A DNA stretch of 64,000 nucleotides from Octopus bimaculoides (taxonomy: Eukaryota): contig NC_068990.1 of the NCBI RefSeq assembly GCF_001194135.2, positions 71,617,289-71,681,288 of the forward strand. Reading direction: 5' to 3'. Below, one piece after another: positions 25,381-35,618 of the stretch. The notes under the pieces are model-generated. The model saw only the letters and a program-made list of their open reading frames with translations. It was not told the DNA's origin and ran no database searches. Position 1 is the stretch's first letter, and each line of letters begins with the position of its first letter. A program made the position numbers and the translations under genes.

Positions 25381-25419
25381 AGCTGCTGCCGCAGCCGAGC
25401 TTGCAGACATCACTTGTGG
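25381..25419 (+). CDS. Clc: Putative alternative 39-nt cassette exon of clathrin light chain (R-AAAAAELADITC-G)
   Basis: Acceptor tctcattgttcttccacag and donor TGG|gtaaga. Symmetric phase 2-2 and open in frame. Local GC/CpG retention within a CpG-poor intron. Confidence 0.75.
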
Positions 25420-25596
25420 GTAAGACTAAAACTGTAGCGACGCACTCTAAGTAGACTTTAGACATTTGCTGTTGTTGTCATTGTTGTTGTCAGTTCGTCT
25501 GTAATCTTTATTTATCTTTAGTTCCACTGTAGAAATTTATTTTATTTTTAAAGGGATCATTTTATTTCTTTAGCATGACCATCATTCTGATTATAG

Positions 25597-25627
<31 letters not shown>

Positions 25628-26633
25628 TTTTAATCACATCTTATTAGAAACCTCTTAATTCCTCCTACAGTCTGTACAACCACCTCAAATACACTGACTG
25701 TAGTGTTATAGCATTTGTCTGTTATTTATTTGCCAGATATCTGATTTTTGTATGACTTACTATCAGCAGCCAACTTAGTCAGTCTCAAAGGTCTTTTATT
25801 CAGAAAATGTATTTTGTTATCCTGTAGCAATATTTTATCATCGTGTAACGTTTGTCTACCATGCTGGTATGAGTTTGATGGTGCCACAGGATCTAACAAG
25901 CCAGAGGATTGTGTGTTGAGCTCCCATGTCTATTTTAGCATGGTTTCTATAGCTGGATTCCCTTTCTAATACCAATCATCTTGAGTACTTTTATGTGGTA
26001 CCGGCACTACTGAGTTCAACTTGCAAGTCAAAGAAAAAGATCTCCCAAATGAGTGGAGGTGTAGTAGAGAGGGAGGTGGCTTTATGTCAAGTTTTGAGCT
26101 GCTTAAAGCATGACAGACAGTCACGGTTGTCTTGCTACAGAGGAGATACAAGGCTACTTTGCATCACATAATAGTGGGTGGGTGTAACTGGAAAGAGATA
26201 AAGATGGTGGTGCTAAGGTACCAGAGCATACTCTCAAGGTACAAAAAGGTGAGTATGAAAGAATATGGGAAGAGAGTAGGAAAGGGTGGATTGATAAGTT
26301 TGTAAGAGTGTGAGAAGAGAGTGACAGCTGGTTAGGGTTGAGTATTGTAAATGATGTGTGGAGAAATAGTCAATGGTAAATACCTGTTTGAATTCCTACA
26401 AGGATCCCTAGAGGTAGATAGTTGTAACATATTTGCTCTAAGTGACTGTGGAAGTGCCTTTATGACCAGCTGCTTCTCAAAAAATCTGTATTCTCCTCCC
26501 CAACTGAAACCAGCTTGTTAAAGATAGTAAAAATTAATGTTAATTTACTATGTTTTGGAAAATAGAATCAAGGTTGAGCATCCAGATAAAGTTAACCATA
26601 TGTAGAATAATGATAATAAAAGTTATATATGTA

Positions 26634-26683
<50 letters not shown>

Positions 26684-29600
26684 TATAGACTAATTTTAAC
26701 TATTGTTAATTATCATTATCTGTTATATAATATCACGCATTTGGGTTGTTTTTTAAAAAATTTTTGGAAATTACAGGATGCTTTCATTTGCTCGACCACT
26801 GTCTGATAATTATAAAAATAATTTATAGATATGGTAGATCTTGGGAAACACAGTCGTGAAAGTGACATTAAAGTAATTATCATTAATACCCTTGCAATAA
26901 ATGATTTGAACTGTTGGTAAATATTCACAAGTGTCAGGGGTGTTTAAAATTCATATAAATTTTTGAATATAAAGGTAATTTTAATATTCATGTTGTCTGG
27001 TTAACTAGGTTGCTTCCCAATTAGGTGGTCTTGGTTTCAGTCCCACTGCACTGCATCTTGGGCAAGTGTCTTCTACTAGAGTCTTGGGTTGACAAAAGGC
27101 TTGTGAGTGGATTTAATAGGTGGAAACAGAATGAAGCCTGTTGTGTGTGTGTGTCTGTGTTCACACCCCACTGCCACTTGACTGTCAGTGTTGGTTTGTT
27201 TACATCCCGGCAAAAGAGGTCAATAGAATAAGTTCCAGGCTTTAAAAAAATAAGTGCTGAGGCTGATTTGTTTAATGAAGCCTTTCAAGGTAGTGCCCCA
27301 GCATAGCCGTAGTCCAATGCCTGAAGACAGGCAAAAAATAAAAGCTTAAAAATTACCTATATTTGTTCCCTCCAAAAGTTTTAAAGATTAACTGCTTAAT
27401 CTTGTCATAGACATCTGAATTTTCTGGCTCGAAACTACTATAACAAAATAAATGGAAAATGGTAAAAGTTAGTTGTATTCCTTCAACTGTCAAATTTCAG
27501 AATAAGTTATTTGTCAGTTGAATAAAGAACAGCGTTGGAACATAGCATTATATTTTATATCTGGTTTTTATCTGAAAGGTTTCCTTTTAGTTTTTTGGTA
27601 ACATTTCATCTAGTTAAATTTTTGTCTTTAATAAAATTGCCTTTTGTTTGATAACAGGCACAGTTTTCCTCTGTGATGGAATGTGTTTGTTTGAACGATA
27701 TACTGTCCAAATGAAAAGTTCTTGACCCTGTACAGCATATTGTAGCAAAATTCAATGTGAGCAGAATTAAATTTAAATGCGTGAAACATTATTGAAATGA
27801 TATGAGAGTATATATAATGAATTCTATTTTAGGCGCAAGGCCAACCATTTTGAGGGGAGGGATGGGTCGAAACCTCTGACCTACCTCACTTTCCAGTATT
27901 TAATTAGTACCTTGTTTTATTGGTCCCAAAGAGATAAAAGGAAGAGTCTCATCATTATATATATATATATATATATATATATAATGAAAAGTTTTCTGTA
28001 ATTTGGTGCAGTTAAATGATTGATGGTGTTCATTCATTTTGTAAAACACTTGCAAATGATGGACTAAAGTAATAGACAGATAGGAGGAGGGAGTCATACT
28101 CTATGGTGGAAAGCTAGAAATGAGGTTTAGCTAACAAGTAAAATGCAGGAGTATTTACCAGCTGCAGGACTCTGTGATAATTGCTAATATATTGCATGCA
28201 GCGTGAGACATTTGAGCGATACTAGATATCCACTTAATGGAGATTGCCAGAAAATATTTCACAAGAGCAATATAATATCTCCATTGTCATCTTTTATCAA
28301 AGTAAAAATATTTTATAGGGAAGAACCTACAGGAGTCTGTTTTTGAAGATAATGAGTTTTTAGTGTTAAGCTAGTATTGGATATAATTGGATTGCATAGA
28401 ATTTAACCCATGTTGGATACAATTACTCGTAAAGTATCCTACATTTTGTAGGATTCTTGTATGGGTGGAAGAGGAATATTTAGATTAGATATGAGGATAT
28501 GATTTTACTGATCTCCATCATTAGGTCCCAGTAATTTTATTGATCTTGAAAGAATGAAACATTAAGTAGATTCCAGTGGTATTTGAACTCGGTGTAAAGA
28601 GATGTAACCAAATACCATAAATGATCAACTCCACTGAATCTGCCATCCTCTTCATGATTGGTTGTGAACTCAGTGGAAACTTCTGGTTACAGACCAATGC
28701 CTGTTAAAATTCTGTTCTTAGCTGTTTGATTGATTGACAGATGACCTTTGATGTGGTTGAACAACCAATCCCAACCAGTTGAGATTCACGGTATAAGTTG
28801 TACTAATCATCCTTTTGATCACTGAATGCAAAATGTAACTCACATGACCTCCATTCAGATTTCCCTGTGTCACTAATTCACCCTTGTATGCAATCCATCC
28901 TGCTGAGAGGACTGGAGCAATGTGAAATGAAGTGGTTTGCTCAAAAACACAATGCACAGTCAATATGGGAATTGAAATATTGACCTTACATTCATGAATG
29001 CAACATTCTAACCACTAGGCCATGCACCTCAGCTATTGCTTCTAAACTAATGTCCATTGTATAAGATTTATGTTCTTTTCAGAAGTTGAAGAATAAGTTT
29101 GAGATGTGGAAGTGTTCCATCTGAAGGTGATCATTGCCATAACAAAAATTTGACTTATACATGTAAAGGGCTATACTGATAAGGGGTTGTTCTGCAATTG
29201 CTGGGTAAGAAAAATGTTTTAGGTAACTGTAATGATGTTTTCATAGACAGACAGTTTTGTGTGGTGAAGTGTTTAGTAGAAAATATGAAGTATTTGTTCT
29301 TACTGATGAGATGGTGCAAATGCTTTATTGCAGATTCGTGTTTGTGCTAGCCTAATGATAATAATATAACATCAGTTTATATTAGTAGACTTAAGTTGAA
29401 TAATGTTTTGCTATATCTTTATTTCTTGACTTGACTTCCAATTTTTAAATTCTTTTTAATGAGAAATTCAAAAACTGCTGTTCCTTTTTCCTCCTCCTCC
29501 TCCTCCTCCTCCTCCCCCCCTTTTTTTTTTAACTAGACTTCCTGCTAACATTTCATTTTTTTTTTCTTCTTGATCAGAAAATTTCTTCATAGATGGTCTT

Positions 29601-29781
29601 ATAAAGTACTTTGATGTTTACTCTTAGCAATTATCATTGAAGGTAGTACTTTTATATATCTGTTTATATAGAATTTAATGCCTTAACATATCCAAGGCTG
29701 CAACAGGTGTGCAATTACCACAGGTACTTTATTCTTACTCACAATTTTCCCTATCCCTTTCTTTACCCGTTTCCTCTACAG

Positions 29782-29808
29782 GCATGCAGAGGCTTTGGAG
29801 AAAAAAAA
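29782..29808 (+). CDS. Clc: Putative alternative 27-nt microexon of clathrin light chain (HAEALEKK-K)
   Basis: Branch-like tactcac, a ~35-nt polypyrimidine tract ending ttcctctacag, and consensus donor AAA|gtaagt. Symmetric phase 2-2 and open in frame. Confidence 0.72.
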
Positions 29809-31548
29809 GTAAGTATTCAGTGTAGGTAATTTTGCAGTTTTATCATGCAGTATATACATATGCTGCAACTCTTTAGGGATAAATTTTTTTCTCATCTCTA
29901 TATTCTAATAAATTAATAATAAAAAAAAAATATTTTGAATTAGCCATAAAATTCTGTAATTTAAACATTTACTGCCACTATGGATTAGCTTTCTTTTCTG
30001 GATTGATTATTTTCTGTAGATGCTTTTAGTGTAAATACTGTTTAATATAGCTTTGCTTTTTAAGTCTCAGGAAAACAGTTATCCCAACTGTATGGGTTAT
30101 AAGTATCTCTTGATTTTGGTCATAAAATTTCCTATAAAGCCTAATACTGGACTTAATTGTTGTGATGGTTGTTGTTCAATTTAGCTTTTTCCCTTTGCTT
30201 TTCTTTAATAAAAAAAAATCAGTTTCCAACATTTGCATNNNNNNNNNNNNNNNNNNNNNNNNNNNNNNNNNNNNNNNNNNNNNNNNNNNNNNNNNNNNNN
30301 NNNNNNNNNNNNNNNNNNNNNNNNNNNNNNNNNNNNNNNNNNNNNNNNNNTTAATGTTTGGGTTTTTTTCAACAATTATTTTCATTGAATTATTTTAAAT
30401 TTTAAAAGATTTTCATTTATCAAAATGTTTGACTTTACATTTGTACCAGTTTTAAAGTAATTATTAAATGTGTAAATCTTATGACAATATATAATCAAAA
30501 TGTAATTCTTTCTCTCTGGGTTGATTCCAAATGACAGAGCAGAAAGGCATCTCCAAAGTGAGACTATATCACTGTCTACTATGAACATATATACACCATG
30601 CTTGAGTGAATGTTGAATATTTAATACACATGACTACCTTTAGTAGAAATTTTGTTGTAGTGGGACACACCTACATATTTCAGATAAACTTATTAACCTA
30701 CACTAAGTCAACATTGATATCTTACATGAAACATCATCATTTACTGTTTGTTGATAGTTGTCACTGCCTATCCATATGAAATATCACAAACCTCTGCTGG
30801 CTTCTGTCCTCAGTTGCTGTCGTTATTGCTATCAAATCTTCTCGTATTATGTATCTTGGTCAAGGTTTACCCTGATTTCTTCCACTTATACAGTATTTGT
30901 CTTGGCAACTGAGTTACCTCCATTCTTTGGACCTACCTAAAATTATAGAGGTCTCATTGCACCAATATCTCTCTTCCTTATAAGGAATTTGGTTTTCTTT
31001 AGGATGAGCCTTTTCATGTGATGTTCATATTTTTGTGTTGGGCGTCTCATCATGAATGCATGCTGTTTATTTTATCTTTGTAGTATATTGTCCATGCCTA
31101 TGATCTGTAGAATAAGGTGGATAATACTACTGCTATGTGTACTTCACATTTAACTTGGACTGATACATACTTGTAGTTCTTCTCTCTTTCTCAGTCCCCT
31201 GAATTCTGAGCTAACTTTGTTCAACCCGCAATCTAGTTTGACATTGAGTCTATCAGCATTTCTCATAATACTACCGAGAGAGGTAAAATATCTTGCCTCC
31301 ACCAGCTCTGACCTTTTAATAATGTTGGAATCTGGTTGTGCTTCTTGGTTAAAGTTGGAATTTAATTAATAAAAAACTTCAATATTCTGGATGTTAATTT
31401 TCAAGCTGACCTCTGTGGTTGCACCGTCAAAAACCCCCATATTCTGCTTATTCTTTCACACTATGGACGACAAAACATGATCATCAAACATTTTTCTTAC
31501 TAATATGTGTGTTACTGATATGTAGAGCTTTGAGATCTAACACCTTAA

Positions 31549-31689
31549 CCATTTAGCATCTAAACTGACTGTGTTCAGCCTTTACCTGGTTTATGTTCAA
31601 ACCAGTCAGATCCAGCCCCTCACACATATCCTACAATGTCTTTCTAAAAATAAACAATCACATCGTTGAAATATCTGAATGCTAAAGGG
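31549..31689. mobile_element. piggyBac-like MITE (family 1)
   Basis: TTAA flanks with ends ccatttagcat and atgctaaaggg. A related copy lies at about 43395-43610. Confidence 0.7.
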
Positions 31690-34051
31690 TTAAACTGGTT
31701 ATCATCAGGTCTTGTCTCTGGAATACCTCCTCGAGCATTGTTGACAAGCAAGATGAGAATAATGTTGATACTAGCATGCTGCCCTGCTTGTCTCCCAGTT
31801 CATCTGTGTAATTTGGGTTGTCTTCTTGGCAAGTAGGGATTTTACAGATGAGTGAAACTTCTAGCATCCAAACCTGAGTATTTGCTACAGGCTCAACTGG
31901 TTTACACTTGAACTCCTTTGTGAAGTTAAGATCACATAGTGTGTTCTGTTCCACACATTTCTTAATCTAAGGCTGAACATCATAAACATAGTGCTACTTC
32001 TCCCTTCTGAACTCGCATTGAGTTTTAAGTAGAACATTAGTGCCTTTTCTCATACAGTCTACTGCTCAATACTTTTGTGTGTGTAAAATCATTTAATGTT
32101 TGTTTTCCATGCTGGAGTGTGTGTGTGTGTGTGTGTTGCTCTTGTCTTGACATATTAAACAAATGTCACCATTATACATACAGAACTATTTGTTTGTAAT
32201 CCTTTGTGGAAGCATGTTAGGCCATTGATCTGTTCATTGTTTGAAGGAAAATGGGGAAGGTTGGTGACTGAAAGAGTATCTGGCCATACAAAATTTTGCC
32301 TCAATAACTTTTGTCTGGCCTATGCAAATATGGGAAAGTGCATGTTGAAACTATGTAAATATCAAAATATCTCTCAACATGGTTGAGTAATGTAAATCCT
32401 GCTATTGTGGAAAAAATTAATGTAAAGATGAAACAAAAACATGTATAAAATGATCCATAATGTTTAATGATGAGATAAATGTTAAGGCTTAATATTTATC
32501 ATAAATGATTTAAAGAATATTCTATCAAGTAATTAGTTTATGGTACAATGTCTATCAGTGTTCTTGTTCTTCACTGCTCTTTTTCTGTCTCAAATTTATC
32601 CTTATGAATATCTAATATAATAGACATTCATAAGATTAAATTGAAAATTCATTATAATATCTAATACTGTATTTTAGTAGTCGGAAATTCATTGATATTA
32701 AAACACTATGAAGAAAAAAACCTTTATTAAATATTTATAAAAGTAAATTTCCCTCAATATAAAATATTCCTATTGTCTGGTAGTTGTAGCTTCCTCTCTG
32801 CTATATTGAAATGTACTAATTATTATTAACCCAGTTATTTTGTTAACCTAATTATTAATGACTTCTACTTGAGTATTTCTTCATATTTGTCAATTTGCCA
32901 AATATTTTCACTAAAATTGTTCCTAGTGCTAAGAAAGAAAAATGTTTCGCTTTTATTGTGGCTGCTTTATTATTTTATTACTGTTTTTTTTTTTTCATGT
33001 TTATTATTTTTATTATTCATTACCTTCTCAAATAAAGTTTCGCTTGTTTTCACTGAAATCTTGCTAGATTTTACATTATTCTTTGTTGGTAAGGTACCTC
33101 AACTCTTTAATAAGTATATTAAACTGAGGTAGCAATCTGGTTTCAATTCCTGATGGAAAACATTTTTTTTATTACTACGAATAGCCTTCAGAAAGGCATG
33201 AACGTCACAATCTTTTTTCTCTTTCTTTAAATGGTGGTCTTGTACCTCCATACTATATAAATATGCTTGTGAAAATTTTGGAAATACTTTAATTACTGAA
33301 CTGTCAGATGTATATTGATTAGTGTAAATGTAACTTATATCATGAATATGCTATCATTTGAGTGATAACTAATTTCTGATAAATTTGATTCGTACGATTT
33401 AATTAATTTAAGCAATATTGTCTCTCTAATTACATATGAAGTAATACTAGTTTATGCTAATAATTGTAAGTATTTTAACAAAGTTAGCTTGAATAAGTCC
33501 TATTTCTCTTAGGTCCTTGGTATTCCATTTAATTTTCTTTTAACTTTCATTTTAAAATTATACTCATGTTTTCCATTAATTTATAAAAGTCTAATTAGTG
33601 AAGCAATGTATAAAATTGTACTGTTTGTATAATTATTTGCCAAAAAATGTAGACAGATTTATACTACTGTCTATTTCTGAAATAACATTTCGAATTGCTA
33701 ACATTTAAATTGAAGAAATAAACCTCATTTTGAAATTAGAGCTCCATAGTTATCTTAAGTGACTTCACTACTAGCTGTTACATGTTCAGGTGTGGTCATA
33801 TCTCAGTGTACCAGCAATTAATGAATTTATTAACTGATACAAAAACTTACATCGTCATATATGAACAAAATTTTAGATTTTTAATTACTGAGATATTATT
33901 AATACACACTTGCACTGGTTCAATGGATAGCACATTATCAAAGGAATGTGGAATATTTTTGTCTTTACCAGCAGTAAATATTGTACATATTTCTATTGTT
34001 TACCCTGCTTTGTATTATTGTATTGATTAAATCTTGCTTTCCCTTATGTAG

Positions 34052-34223
34052 GGCACAAGAAGAAGCAAGCATGAAGGACCGTGAAGAGAGCATTGCTGGT
34101 CAAGAATGGGAGAAAATCTGTCGGCTTTGTGACTTCAACCCTAAGCATTCCAAAAACACAAAAGACGTGTCTCGTATGAGATCAATATTGCTACAGTTGA
34201 AGCAAACGCCTCTGGTTCGCTGA
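34052..34223 (+). CDS. Clc: Clathrin light chain, terminal coding exon (AQEEASMKDREESIAGQEWEKICRLCDFNPKHSKNTKDVSRMRSILLQLKQTPLVR*)
   Basis: Acceptor ctttcccttatgtag, phase 2. Conserved CLC C-terminus EWE.I..LCDFNPK.SK..KDVSRMRS.L..LKQ.PL.R. TGA at 34221-34223. Confidence 0.98.
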
Positions 34224-34401
34224 AGATTGTAGCCTCATGAAATAGTTGTATGCTAATGAGAATGTTAAAGAAGAATCAGGATTTGTGAAACTATTGTTTT
34301 GGTTGTCATGGTTGAAATTTAAACTAGAAGCAATTACTAATTCCTTAAGAGTAATTGATCAAAAATCAATAGATTATGTTAACTGAATTTGTAGACTTGT
34401 C

Positions 34402-34407
34402 AATAAA
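34402..34407 (+). terminator. Candidate polyadenylation signal of the clathrin light chain gene
   Basis: AATAAA about 180 nt after the stop codon, followed by a T/GT-rich stretch. Confidence 0.5.
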
Positions 34408-35406
34408 TTTGGGTTATACATTAATTTTTTTTGTGTTTCTTTTTCTTTATGCTCGTCCTCTTTCTATGAATTGCAAATTTCTTTTTTAATTAGACAGTCA
34501 GATGTCCTTGGTCTGTATCATTTCCAAGTTTACTGCACCCTGCTGGCCACTGTTTGGCTGGTGATTTTTATCTCATTTTTGGTACAAATTGGTAAGGTGC
34601 GTAGCCGAAACTACAAACAATAACTAGGTTATTGTTATAACATTTGCTGAAAAATAGCCTTGACTATTTAAACTATACTATGTGGTAAGAAGTTTGCTTC
34701 CCAACCACAGAATTCTAGGTTCAGTCCCACTGTGTGGCACCTTGGGAAAATGTCTTCTACTCTAATTTCGGGCTGACCAAAGCCCTGTGAGTAGATTTAG
34801 TGGATGGAAACTGAAAAAATCCTCTCGTATACACGCGCGTGTGTGTGCGTTCCATCCAAGTGTCTGCTTCTAATCTGTAAAAACATGGGTGGAAAATTTC
34901 CATACTTGGAAACAGGTGAGGGTTGACGACAGGAAGGGTATATGGCCTTAGAAAATCTGCCCTATAAATTTTGTCCGAATTATGCGAACATGGAATATGG
35001 ACGTTAAAACGATGTTGATGAAATATGTAGAAAATGGCGACAATTTAATGCGGCTCGCAAAGTTTGTACCCTTTGCAATGATTTATGTCTAAGGGGAATA
35101 ATTCAAGTAAAGGGGGGATAACTTTCTCTTCCGCGAAAGCTGAATACGGTTTTCGAGAGAAATCATTGAACGGCATTAGTCTCATCAGCTTCAAAGGTCC
35201 TTCCAAAGCCATAAACAATGCCCCTTCTAGAGCAAGCAAGAAAACCTGGAGGAAAACGTAGTAAAGACTGGAGTTTGTGCAGTCAAAACTGAATTAGCTA
35301 ATCAGGAGCAAGTACTTGAAATCGGATTTGGAGCTTAACTCATCATCCTGCTTGAAATTGTCTCAGTTTACATTGACATTTAAGCTTGTTATTTTAAGAA
35401 TCTTAA

Positions 35407-35618
35407 CCCTTTTGTTACCATAATTCTGTTGAAAAATACTGCCATCATTTCAATTAATAGAGAAAACAAAAAATTTCAGGAAATAACTTTGTTATTAAAC
35501 TAATGTTTAGAACATAACATCAAACTTTGATGGAAGGTTTTTGTTTTAGATCATTTTAAAATAGGAAGTTTGTATCGTATAACCAACGGCAGCCTCAGGC
35601 AGGTTGGTATCAAAAGGG
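35407..35618. mobile_element. piggyBac-like MITE (family 2)
   Basis: TTAA flanks with ends cccttttgttacc and ggtatcaaaaggg. A second homologous copy lies at 57305-57526. Confidence 0.75.

Noticed and set aside
27658-27676. Possible alternative terminal exon (HSFPL*) after tgccttttgtttgataacag
   Set aside because: Only five codons with no independent support; such acceptors arise by chance in AT-rich introns.
29083-29126. Exon-like segment ttttcag|...gaag|gtgatc
   Set aside because: 44 nt with an immediate in-frame stop in phase 2.
29578-29642. Strong-looking acceptor (ctaac + poly-T + tgatcag) in Clc intron 4
   Set aside because: Available donors give 28 or 65 nt (not multiples of 3), and the phase-2 frame hits TGA. 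At most a poison exon, unsupported.
32927-33035. Possible alternative terminal exon encoding a hydrophobic, TM-like tail
   Set aside because: The hydrophobicity comes from T-rich low-complexity DNA, the acceptor is weak, and the frame depends on a homopolymer.
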